DNA from: Parcubacteria group bacterium | GTDB taxonomy: Bacteria; Patescibacteriota; Patescibacteriia; Patescibacteriales; GWC2-42-12 | Assembly: GCA_016188785.1 (NCBI GenBank) | Contig: JACPHD010000017.1 | Span: 1 to 57,715, forward strand | Direction of reading: 5' to 3' | Length of the DNA stretch: 57,715 bases | In this document: positions 27,621-36,078 of the stretch, piece after piece | Layout: each line of letters begins with the position of its first letter | How positions within the stretch are numbered: the stretch's first letter is position 1 | Program-made: the position numbers and the translations under genes | Notes under the pieces: generated by a model | What the model saw: the letters and a program-made list of their open reading frames with translations, nothing else | Databases searched by the model: none | What the model was told of the DNA's origin: nothing

Positions 27621-28394
27621 ATGATTACCATTAAAAAAGACAATGAAATAGAATTATTGCGCCAGGGCGGGAAAATCTTAGCGCGCATATTAAAGCAACT
27701 GCTGGACGAAGTAAAGTCTGGTATAAGCACCGGCCATTTAGAACAAATGGCTGATTTTTTAATTAGACAGGCCGGCGGCTGGCCGGCTTTTAAGGGTTTT
27801 AAATCGGATAAAAACGACCAGCCGTATCCGACCGTTTTGTGCGCTTCTATCAATAATGAAGTGGTGCACGCGCCGTCTTTGCCGTCGCGGCAGTTAAAGT
27901 CCGGCGATATTGTCGGTATTGATATTGGCTTGGAATATGAAAATTTTTATACTGATATGGCGGCGACCGTGGCCGTGGGCAAAGTTAGCCGGGAAGCGCA
28001 AAAATTAATCAGAGCGACTAAAGAGGCGCTGGTCCTAGGCATAAAAGAGGTCAGGCCAGGCAATAGTTTAAATAATATTGGCAAAGTCATTGAACAATAT
28101 GCCAAGGCCAATAATTTTTCCGTGGTGCGCGATTTGGCCGGCCATGGCGTTGGTTACGCGGTGCATGAAGATCCGCAGATACCTAATTATGATTTAGCTG
28201 ATAATAAAAAAATAATTTTAAAGCCGGGCATGGTTTTAGCCATTGAGCCCATGGTTAACGTTGGCGGCTGGCGCGTTAAAGACGGTCCGGATAAGTTTAC
28301 TGTCTTAACCGCTGACGGCGGTTTAAGCGCGCATTTTGAACATACAGTTTTAGTGACGGAGAGGGGGCATGAAATATTAACTAAGTTTGAATAA
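27621..28394 (+). CDS. map: methionine aminopeptidase type I
   Basis: SINNEVVH, GHGVG..VHEDP, AIEPM, SAHFEHT. Confidence 0.98.
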   Translation: MITIKKDNEIELLRQGGKILARILKQLLDEVKSGISTGHLEQMADFLIRQAGGWPAFKGFKSDKNDQPYPTVLCASINNEVVHAPSLPSRQLKSGDIVGIDIGLEYENFYTDMAATVAVGKVSREAQKLIRATKEALVLGIKEVRPGNSLNNIGKVIEQYAKANNFSVVRDLAGHGVGYAVHEDPQIPNYDLADNKKIILKPGMVLAIEPMVNVGGWRVKDGPDKFTVLTADGGLSAHFEHTVLVTERGHEILTKFE

Positions 28395-28399
28395 TTTTT

Positions 28400-28783
28400 A
28401 TGAAATATTTAGGCATTGACTGGGGTGAAAAGCGGATCGGCTTGGCTTTAGCCGATAGTGAAACTAAATTGGCCACGCCGTTTAAGACGGCTGGGAGCGT
28501 GGAGGAAGTGGCGCGGATTGTGGCCAGCGAGCGGATAGATCTGGTGGTATTGGGAAAACCGATTTCAATTACCAATTACCAATTACCAATTACCAATGAA
28601 AAATACAATAAATTTATTGTTGACTTAAAAAGTAAAATTAAAGCGCGTTTAGAGATGGTTGACGAGCGTTTGTCCAGCCAGGCGGCGGACGCTTTGGTTG
28701 GGCATAAAAAAATTAAGTCCAGCCGCGACGAAATCGCGGCCATGATAATTTTACAAAGTTATTTAGATGCCAGAAACCTATAA
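28400..28783 (+). CDS. ruvX: RuvX/YqgF nuclease
   Basis: LGIDWGEKRIGLA, VDERLSS, AAMIILQSYLD; carries (CAATTAC)4 insertion. Confidence 0.95.
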   Translation: MKYLGIDWGEKRIGLALADSETKLATPFKTAGSVEEVARIVASERIDLVVLGKPISITNYQLPITNEKYNKFIVDLKSKIKARLEMVDERLSSQAADALVGHKKIKSSRDEIAAMIILQSYLDARNL

Positions 28784-29486
28784 TCTAAAAGTCATTATTT
28801 TAAATCGTTGGCCGTTCGCGGAAGACCACGGCCGAGTGGCGGTTTATTCGCTGGAGCGCGGCCGCTTGGAATTAGTGGTTCGCGGCTTGAAAAAAATAAA
28901 ATCCAAATTAGCCGGCCACCTTGAACCGATTACTTTAGCCAATATCATGGCGGTGCGCGGCCGGCAGTATGATTATGCCGGCGCGGCCGTAAGCGAGCAA
29001 GGCTATTTTAATATTAAAAACGATTTGGAAAAGATCGCGGCCGCCGGCCAGGCGTTTAGAGTTTTTAATAAAATAATAAAAGCTGATCAAGCCGACCAAG
29101 AAATTTTTGAACTGTTAAAAAATTTTTTAGCTGTTTTAAACAGAACCGCGGCCGGAAAAGTAAGCCCTGAATTATTGGCCTGGCTGTTTATTTTTAAATT
29201 GCTAGTTAAGCTGGGGCATAAGCCGGAACTTTATTACTGCGTTAATTGCCGCGCTAAAATCTTGCCGGCCGGCTTGAAATTTGATTTGGCTCGCGGCGGC
29301 TTAATCGGCGCCGAATGTTCGGTTAAGTTAGAGCCGTTCGCCTTGACAATTAGCGAAAATTCGGTTAAATTATTAAGGCTGGTGGAGAAAAATGATTTTA
29401 ATAAATTAAGCAAAATTAAAATAAATAATAAAGAAGAAAATCAGGTAAAAAATATTATAAATTCATTTTTAGGCTATTATGCTTAG
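28767..29486 (+). CDS. recO: DNA repair protein RecO
   Basis: GRLELVVRG..KIKSKLAGHLEP N-terminus; CVNC Zn site. Confidence 0.9.
   Translation: MPETYNLKVIILNRWPFAEDHGRVAVYSLERGRLELVVRGLKKIKSKLAGHLEPITLANIMAVRGRQYDYAGAAVSEQGYFNIKNDLEKIAAAGQAFRVFNKIIKADQADQEIFELLKNFLAVLNRTAAGKVSPELLAWLFIFKLLVKLGHKPELYYCVNCRAKILPAGLKFDLARGGLIGAECSVKLEPFALTISENSVKLLRLVEKNDFNKLSKIKINNKEENQVKNIINSFLGYYA
29343..29371 (+). promoter_or_regulatory. promoter inside recO, probably for aspS
   Basis: TTGACA, 17 bp, TAAATT, ~110 bp upstream of aspS. Confidence 0.55.
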
Positions 29487-31299
29487 AACTCATACTTGCG
29501 GCGAATTGACTAAAAAAGATCAAGACAAAACCGTGGAGCTGGCTGGCTGGGTGCAGAGCCGGCGCGACCATGGCGGTTTGATTTTTATTGATTTGCGCGA
29601 CCGCTATGGTTTAACCCAGTTAACTTTTGCGCCGGAAATAAATCAACAGGCTTTAGCCGAGGCGGATAAATTGCGCCATGAATGGGTCATAAAAATAACC
29701 GGTAAAGTCGCGCTTCGTCCCGAGGACATGATAAATAAGAAGCTAGCAACCGGAGAAGTTGAAGTTGAATGCTCGGCCATTGAAATATTGTCAAAATCCA
29801 AGACGCCGCCGTTTGAATTAAGCGAGGAAAAGGAAACCGATACTAACGAGGCGCTGCGCTTAAAATATCGTTTTGTTGATTTAAGACGGCCGAAACTGCA
29901 GGCCATGCTTAAAACCAAGGACGAATTTTTTCAATTTATCAGAAAATATTTTCAGGAGCGCGGTTTTACCGAGGTGCAGACGCCGGTTTTGGCCAACTCC
30001 TCGCCCGAAGGCGCGCGCGATTTTTTAGTGCCGTCGCGTATGTATCCGGGCAAATTTTACGCCTTGCCGCAGGCGCCCCAGCAATTCAAACAGCTTTTGA
30101 TGGTGGGAGGCTTGGACCGGTATTTTCAAATCGCGCCTTGCTTCCGCGACGAAGATCCGCGAATGGACCGCCATTATGGCGAATTCTATCAATTGGATAT
30201 GGAAATGAGCTTTGTGGAGCAGGCCGATATCTGGAACATCATGGAGCCGCTCTGGCAAGAGGTAACTAAGAAATTTTCCAGTAAAAAATTAGTGGCTTTA
30301 GCTGATGACGGTAGTTTTAAAAAAATTCCTTGGCTTGAGGCTATGAATAAATATGGCACAGACAAGCCGGATTTGCGCTTTGAAATGGAAATAATATCCA
30401 TAACCCAAATGGTAAAAGATTGCGGTTTGGCCGTGTTTAGCCAAGCCATTAAAGACGGCGGCGTAGTGCGCGCGCTTAAAGTTAAAGGCGGAGGAAAATT
30501 TTCGCGTAAAGAAATTGACGAGATTACGGAAATTGCCAAAGCCAAAGGCGCCAAGGGATTGGCCTATATTGCAGTAAAACCTCCCCTAGCCCCTCCTTCT
30601 AAAGGAGGGGGATATTTTGAGTTGCAATCGCCGATTGTAAAATTTTTAGGCGACGAATTGGCGCAAGCGATTGTTAAAGAAACAAAAGCCGAGCCAGGCG
30701 ACATAATTTTTTTCGGCGCGGATAAATGGCGGACGGTGTGTAATGCTTTGGGCGCGGCGCGCAGTGACTCGGCGGCGCGTTTAGGCCTTAAAGACAAAAA
30801 CCAAGCGGCCTGGTGCTGGGTGATTGATTTTCCTATGTATGACTATTCGGAAATAGAGGCAGGCCGGATTGATTTTTCCCATAATCCGTTTTCCATGCCC
30901 CAAGGCGGACTGGCGGCGCTTAAAACCAAAAATCCTTTAGATATTTTAGCCTATCAGTATGACACGATTTTAAACGGCTTTGAAGTTTCTTCCGGCGCTA
31001 TCAGAAATCATGAGCCGGAAATCATGTACGAGGCTTTTAGGATTGCCGGCTACTCGCGCGTTGAAGTGGATCATAAGTTCGGCGGCATGATCAGAGCTTT
31101 TGAATACGGCGCGCCGCCGCACGGCGGCAACGCGCCCGGTGTTGACCGGATTTTAATGGCGCTTTTAGACTTGGATTCAATCCGCGACATCTACGCTTTT
31201 CCCAAAGACGGCCAAGGCAAAGATTTAATGATGGACAGCCCGAGCCAGGTTGATGACAGGCAGTTAAGGGAATTGTCTATCCGAGTTAAAAAAGACTAA
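29479..31299 (+). CDS. aspS: aspartate-tRNA ligase
   Basis: MLRTHTCGEL, RRDHGGLIFIDLRD, PEGARDF, CFRDED, GAPPHGG. Confidence 0.99.
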   Translation: MLRTHTCGELTKKDQDKTVELAGWVQSRRDHGGLIFIDLRDRYGLTQLTFAPEINQQALAEADKLRHEWVIKITGKVALRPEDMINKKLATGEVEVECSAIEILSKSKTPPFELSEEKETDTNEALRLKYRFVDLRRPKLQAMLKTKDEFFQFIRKYFQERGFTEVQTPVLANSSPEGARDFLVPSRMYPGKFYALPQAPQQFKQLLMVGGLDRYFQIAPCFRDEDPRMDRHYGEFYQLDMEMSFVEQADIWNIMEPLWQEVTKKFSSKKLVALADDGSFKKIPWLEAMNKYGTDKPDLRFEMEIISITQMVKDCGLAVFSQAIKDGGVVRALKVKGGGKFSRKEIDEITEIAKAKGAKGLAYIAVKPPLAPPSKGGGYFELQSPIVKFLGDELAQAIVKETKAEPGDIIFFGADKWRTVCNALGAARSDSAARLGLKDKNQAAWCWVIDFPMYDYSEIEAGRIDFSHNPFSMPQGGLAALKTKNPLDILAYQYDTILNGFEVSSGAIRNHEPEIMYEAFRIAGYSRVEVDHKFGGMIRAFEYGAPPHGGNAPGVDRILMALLDLDSIRDIYAFPKDGQGKDLMMDSPSQVDDRQLRELSIRVKKD

Positions 31300-31319
31300 A
31301 AAACTAACTAATCAATTAT

Positions 31320-32258
31320 ATGGAAAAACAAAATGCCAAGTTCGCCTTTTTTTACCTGCTGTCGCTCGTGGCTTTAGTTTTTATGTCCATTGCCACCGGC
31401 ATGATAATTTTTCAGATTATTAACAAGAAAATTTTGGATTTATTGATTATAGCGCCGGGCGGCTTTAGCCAGGAGGCTTTAAAGTTCGCCATCTCGGCCA
31501 TTATCATCGCGGCGCCGATTTATTTCGTCATGATGTGGTTAATCAATAAAAATCTGTTGTCGGGTAAATTGGAGCGGGAATCGGGTATTAGAAAATGGCT
31601 GACTTATTTTATTTTATTGGTTAGCGCCGTGGTCATGATCGGCTGGCTGATTGCTACGATCAATAGTTTTTTAAACGGCGAATTGACGGCTAAATTTATT
31701 TTAAAGTCCTTAGCCGCGATTTTAATCGCCGCTTTAATTTTCAGCTATTATTTATATGATATCTGGCGGGCCCAGGTTGATAAAGTCAATAATATTATAA
31801 GAGCATATTTTTACGGCTCTATGGCTTTAGTCGCGGCCGCGTTGATAATTAGTTTTTTCTTTATTGATTCGCCGCTGACGGTAAGACAGCAGAAATTTGA
31901 TCAGACTATCATAAATAAATTCAGCCAGATTGATAATGCTATCAACGGTTATTACGGCGAAAATAAAAAATTGCCGGAAAAATTAAACGCTTTGCTTAAT
32001 GGCGCTTCATTTTACTATCTTACCGAGAGTGATCTAACCGATCCGGCGACTAATAAAATATTTGATTATAATATTAAAGCTAAAGACGTTTACGAGCTTT
32101 GCGCGGTTTTTAAGACTGCCAATAAAGAGCAAGGCGCGGATAAATCATATTATTTTGACGCGCGCTGGCTGCATGAGGCCGGCTATCAATGTTTAAAGCA
32201 GAGAATTGCTATTTTGGATAATGCCAAGCCGGCGCCCAGATCGGTGCCGGTAAGATAA
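31320..32258 (+). CDS. DUF5671-like membrane protein with an extracellular C-terminal domain
   Basis: five TM helices, IRKWLTYFIL and FLNGELT motifs, DPAT...YELCAVF domain. Confidence 0.75.
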   Translation: MEKQNAKFAFFYLLSLVALVFMSIATGMIIFQIINKKILDLLIIAPGGFSQEALKFAISAIIIAAPIYFVMMWLINKNLLSGKLERESGIRKWLTYFILLVSAVVMIGWLIATINSFLNGELTAKFILKSLAAILIAALIFSYYLYDIWRAQVDKVNNIIRAYFYGSMALVAAALIISFFFIDSPLTVRQQKFDQTIINKFSQIDNAINGYYGENKKLPEKLNALLNGASFYYLTESDLTDPATNKIFDYNIKAKDVYELCAVFKTANKEQGADKSYYFDARWLHEAGYQCLKQRIAILDNAKPAPRSVPVR

Positions 32259-32262
32259 AGAT

Positions 32263-32349
32263 TCGTCATCCCTGCGCAGGCAGGGATCCAGAAATTCCGC
32301 GAATATTTTTTCTCCCCGCATATGCGGGGCGGATTCAGGGGAATGACGA
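32263..32349. repeat. REP-like element
   Basis: TCGTCATCCCTGCGCAGGCAGGGATCC ... GGAATGACGA with an internal CCCCGCATATGCGGGG palindrome. Confidence 0.8.
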
Positions 32350-32449
32350 TACTTTTCGGTCTTTCAAAATTAAAGAAAGGAGGTTAAGGTTGTTTGTAAG
32401 GGGTTTTAGTAAGTCGTTTAGCTAATTTTCAACGAAAAAGGAGAGAAAG

Positions 32450-32917
32450 ATGAATCTTTCATTAAAAGACAGATTGGTTTTTGCCTGCGATTTGCCAAGC
32501 GTGAAAAAAAGAGATACTTTTGGCAGTGCGTCTTCCAGGGCGCGGGAACTGGTTGATATAATGGCTGGTGAGGTTGGTTGGATTAAACTCAATTCCGCTT
32601 TTATCGGCGGAGGCCATGAACTGGCGCGGCTGGCTAAAAAGGCTGGGCTGGACGGCGTGGTGGCTTCGCCTTTAGAGGCCAAGATGCTTCGCGAAGAGTT
32701 TGGCCCTGAATTTCTTATCGTCACGCCCGGTATCCGTTTTGCCGAAGAGGCTAAGGGCGGACAGGCCAGAGTGGCTACGCCCAAAGAAGCGATTGCAGCT
32801 GGCGCGGATATGATCGTTATGGGTACATCCTTAATCAATGGCGGACTTAAAGCCGTAGAGCGGGCTTACGCGGAAATTCAGGAAGGGTTGGAAGCGCGGC
32901 AACGGTTGTCCGAGTAA
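32450..32917 (+). pseudogene. pyrF: OMP decarboxylase with its central region deleted
   Basis: N-terminal LVFACD...WIKL and C-terminal [21 protein letters not shown] present; catalytic DxKxxD segment absent; 155 aa. Confidence 0.8.
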
Positions 32918-32949
32918 TAATCGAAATACAAGCAGGAAAGGATAAATTA

Positions 32950-33699
32950 ATGAAAGATATTTTAGAAATGGACAAGGCCGAATTGCTGACGCTTAATCCG
33001 TATGATTTTGCGTATAGGATATTAGGCGCTGCCGAGTTAATTCATATGGCCGAAACCTTAGGGGCTTTTTGGCGCTACAATTATGAAGCGGCCAAATCTG
33101 GGAAGCCGGGTAAGCACGCTTTACTTAAATCCGGTTTGCACAGCGATGGTTTTCTAACATCAAAAATTTTGCTTGAGCCTGACAATATTAGGCTGGGCCT
33201 GGCCTTTCAACTTCGGTTGCGTTTTGCCATTCGCGGAATCGGTTGGCCGGATTATTTAGCCGGCATACCGGATGGCGCGACTAAGCTGGCCCAGGATTTG
33301 GGCGGCATTGCGGGCGTAAAAGTCGCTGAAATGAAAAAAGATAAAAGCGACGGGCGAATTACCGTGATGACGCAACTCCCTATCGGCAGTAAGCTACTCA
33401 TAATTGAGGATTTTTGTACTAAGGGTACGGGATTCAAAGAAACCGTGCTTGAGATTAAAAGTAAATATCCCGAGGCAGAGGTTTTACCCTATGAACTGGT
33501 AATCGTCAACCGCGGCGGCCTAAGGAAAATTATGGTGGATGGGATTGGCAACTTTACTATTATCCCGATTACCAATTATCGGATCAATGAGTGGGAGCCT
33601 GATCCGGAAAAATGCCCGCTTTGCCAGCTTGGTTCGGTGGCTATCAAGCCTAAGGTTAGCGAGGAGAGCTGGCGGGAGCTCACGACCTCGCAGTTGTAA
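32950..33699 (+). CDS. pyrE: orotate phosphoribosyltransferase-like protein
   Basis: LKSGLHS, PRPP loop LIIEDFCTKG, C-terminal CPLC; adjacent to pyrF. Confidence 0.75.
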   Translation: MKDILEMDKAELLTLNPYDFAYRILGAAELIHMAETLGAFWRYNYEAAKSGKPGKHALLKSGLHSDGFLTSKILLEPDNIRLGLAFQLRLRFAIRGIGWPDYLAGIPDGATKLAQDLGGIAGVKVAEMKKDKSDGRITVMTQLPIGSKLLIIEDFCTKGTGFKETVLEIKSKYPEAEVLPYELVIVNRGGLRKIMVDGIGNFTIIPITNYRINEWEPDPEKCPLCQLGSVAIKPKVSEESWRELTTSQL

Positions 33700-33728
33700 G
33701 AAGTAAGGAGATAACAAACATTTCAAAC

Positions 33729-33765
33729 CCGGCCGGTTCGCCTAAAGCGAATTGGCCGGTTTTTT
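33729..33765 (+). terminator. intrinsic terminator
   Basis: CCGGCCGGTTCGC-ctaaa-GCGAATTGGCCGG followed by a T run. Confidence 0.85.
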
Positions 33766-34006
33766 ATTGGAGAAAAAAGACAAGAGACTTATAACTTAAT
33801 TTTAGCATATTTTCAGCTAAAATTAAAGTAAAAACTGGGGATAATTTTGATTATTTTTATTGTTTGTTTTTTTCTTTGTAGGGGGTTGTGAGCAATTACT
33901 TGCTTAGCTCTTGCGGCTTAGTGATTATTTTGGTAAAATAAAAATGTTGGGGTTATAAGCAAGTTGTTAAGCATTCTTTTTTAACAATTAATTTCGGCAT
34001 AACTTT

Positions 34007-34936
34007 ATGATTTATTTTAAGTCAAAACAAACAAAAACTTTTTTTCTCGCGGCGGGACTGTTGGCGTTCGTCGCGTTTTTTATTGGCTTGGCGCTATTGG
34101 CTGGCTGGCTGGTGAATAAACAAACGGAAAATCGGAAAAATATCAAGAGTTTTTCAGCCCTGCTCTCGGAAGGCAATTGGAAGATTGAAACTCCGGATAA
34201 GTTTCCGAAAGATTTTCCCTTGCCGGAATCAAAGCTAATTTATGCTTACTCAATGAATTCCCAAACTAAAGATATGATGGCTGTTTTTGAATCTAAAAAA
34301 TCAGCCAAAGAAAATTACGATTTTTATATTGATTATGCCAAAGACAACAACTGGACTATTGACGAAGCGCGCGAGCCGACCGACACCAAGGCGGCTAAGA
34401 TACTCTTGCGCGATAAACATATTACCATCACCGTCGCGCTTGAAAAAAACAAAAATGGCTCCCAAATTACCATTTTTTCCACCTCTCTCGCAACCGTCCC
34501 CGGCAAAGAAGAGATAAATATAAAAAGTCTTAATCTTTCAGGCGCTCCTGAACAAAGATTTCCCGCGCCTAAAGGCGAATTACCCGAAGGATTTCCCAAG
34601 GATTTTCCTTTGCGCGGGAAAACACAGCTTCTTGACGCCCATACTTTAAAAAATCCGGCTTCCAGCCAGACCGCCTATACAGTGAGATTTAACTCAAGCG
34701 AGGATTCGCAAAAAATAGAAGAATTTTACACTGCCTGGCTGAAAGATAATGGCTGGATGGTGATTGACCCCGCGGAGATTAAACAAAAAGAATTTATTGA
34801 CAAAAAAACCGTAAGCGCTTCGGTTCTGTTTAAAAAGTCGGTCAAAATTGATATTTATAATAATGACATTGCTGCCGACGATTCAATCTCCGCTCCCAGT
34901 CGAGTGGAGGTGGTGTTGAGGGTGTTTGGGGAGTAA
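34007..34936 (+). CDS. membrane-anchored protein with two tandem domains
   Basis: TM anchor; FPKDFPL...FY...KDNxW occurs twice. Confidence 0.78.
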   Translation: MIYFKSKQTKTFFLAAGLLAFVAFFIGLALLAGWLVNKQTENRKNIKSFSALLSEGNWKIETPDKFPKDFPLPESKLIYAYSMNSQTKDMMAVFESKKSAKENYDFYIDYAKDNNWTIDEAREPTDTKAAKILLRDKHITITVALEKNKNGSQITIFSTSLATVPGKEEINIKSLNLSGAPEQRFPAPKGELPEGFPKDFPLRGKTQLLDAHTLKNPASSQTAYTVRFNSSEDSQKIEEFYTAWLKDNGWMVIDPAEIKQKEFIDKKTVSASVLFKKSVKIDIYNNDIAADDSISAPSRVEVVLRVFGE

Positions 34937-34938
34937 AA
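34873..34938 (+). repeat. direct repeat, copy 1 (3' end of the 34007 gene)
   Basis: 34873-34914 is identical to 35986-36027 (42 bp); degenerate similarity continues ~25 bp. Confidence 0.92.
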
Positions 34939-34942
34939 ATTT

Positions 34943-35398
34943 ATGGGGAAATTTCAAGATAAAAATATAAAAAGTATAAGTAATATCTTAAAAAAACGCC
35001 AAGAAGTGTCTTTTGCTTATTTATTTGGTTCGCAGGCCAAAGGCAAGGCCGGACCTTTGAGCGATTTGGATATTGCGGTGTTTTTTAATCATAAGGTTTC
35101 TAAAGATGAAAGAAATTCTATCCGTTACGACATTAAAGACGAAATTGAAATAGCGCTTGAAATGCCGGATAAAGTTGATGTCATACCGTTAAACGACGCC
35201 CAGCCGCTATTAGAACGCGAAGTTGTGTATAAAGGGAAAATTATTTATAATAAAGACGATGAAGCGCGGGCTCATTACGAAGCCGGCGCGATTGGACGGT
35301 GGCTTGATTGGAAATGGTATGATGATCAATTTGGCAAAGCGATAATGAAAAATTTAGAAAAGCCGGTAAAACCGTATTTATGGCAAATCAACAAATAA
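34943..35398 (+). CDS. MntA-type nucleotidyltransferase antitoxin
   Basis: AYLFGSQAKG...SDLDIAV, VDVIPLN. Confidence 0.9.
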   Translation: MGKFQDKNIKSISNILKKRQEVSFAYLFGSQAKGKAGPLSDLDIAVFFNHKVSKDERNSIRYDIKDEIEIALEMPDKVDVIPLNDAQPLLEREVVYKGKIIYNKDDEARAHYEAGAIGRWLDWKWYDDQFGKAIMKNLEKPVKPYLWQINK

Positions 35399-35817
35399 TT
35401 TTATCACTGCTTTCTCAACTTAGAGATTATCTTAGTAAAATGAAATCACTGGAACCGCAAGTGACTTCTTGGAAAACATTTGAAAAAGATTGGGAAAAAG
35501 AATGGCAAATTGACAGAGGACTTCAGTTGTTAATTGAATGCAGTATTGATATTGGAAAAGAGATTATCACAGGGTTAGAAATAAAAAAACCAACTACTTA
35601 TCAAGAAGTTTTTATTATTTTACGCCAGACCGGAGTTGTTTCTGAAGACACAAGCAAAAAAATGCAAGATTTAGCTGTCTTTAGAAATGAATTAGTCCAC
35701 GATTATTTATATTTAGACCGCGAGAAAATTTATAATGTTTTCAAAAATGATTTAAAATATTTTGAGCGGTATTTATTAGAAATCGGAGGATTTTTAAAGA
35801 AAATTAAACCCTGTTAG
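35380..35817 (+). CDS. HepT/DUF86 HEPN RNase toxin
   Basis: FRNELVHDY matches RX4HXY; LQLLIECSIDIG. Confidence 0.9.
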   Translation: MANQQIILSLLSQLRDYLSKMKSLEPQVTSWKTFEKDWEKEWQIDRGLQLLIECSIDIGKEIITGLEIKKPTTYQEVFIILRQTGVVSEDTSKKMQDLAVFRNELVHDYLYLDREKIYNVFKNDLKYFERYLLEIGGFLKKIKPC

Positions 35818-35859
35818 GGAAATTAGCGCTTAGAGCGTAAATATAATATAATTATTTTA

Positions 35860-35958
35860 ATGGATAATAAAATTAAAATATTAAAAAATTTATCCAAATT
35901 CCGCAATCGCCTGATAAGCGATGAAATAATCAAAAAATATTTACAAAAACAGGAATAA
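35860..35958 (+). pseudogene. possible IS200-type TnpA remnant (32-aa ORF)
   Basis: MDNKIKILKNLSKFRNRLISDEIIKKYLQKQE*; the tail resembles the Y1 transposase C-terminal IxxYIxxQ helix. Confidence 0.4.
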
Positions 35959-35985
35959 ATATTTTTGAAATTAGTTTGTTCCAGT

Positions 35986-36054
35986 TGCCGACGATTCAAT
36001 CTCCGCTCCCAGTCGAGTGGAGGTGGTATTAAGGGTGTTTGGAGGGGAATAAAA
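35986..36054 (+). repeat. direct repeat, copy 2
   Basis: duplicate of 34873-34938. Confidence 0.92.
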
Positions 36055-36078
36055 ACTTTGTTTATAAATATTATAAAA

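Noticed and set aside
29479-31299. Calling AspRS non-discriminating because gatCA is nearby
   Set aside because: RRDH fits, but the second diagnostic position is not clearly Gly and the asnS status is unknown
34873-36027. Direct repeats as a DGR template/variable pair
   Set aside because: No reverse transcriptase in the window, the 42-bp core is identical, and the repeat is short with too few tail differences to show adenine-specific mutagenesis
35965-36078. ORF-track N-terminus of the giant protein
   Set aside because: It reads through the duplicated repeat; the signal peptide fits a start at ATG 36079 or slightly later
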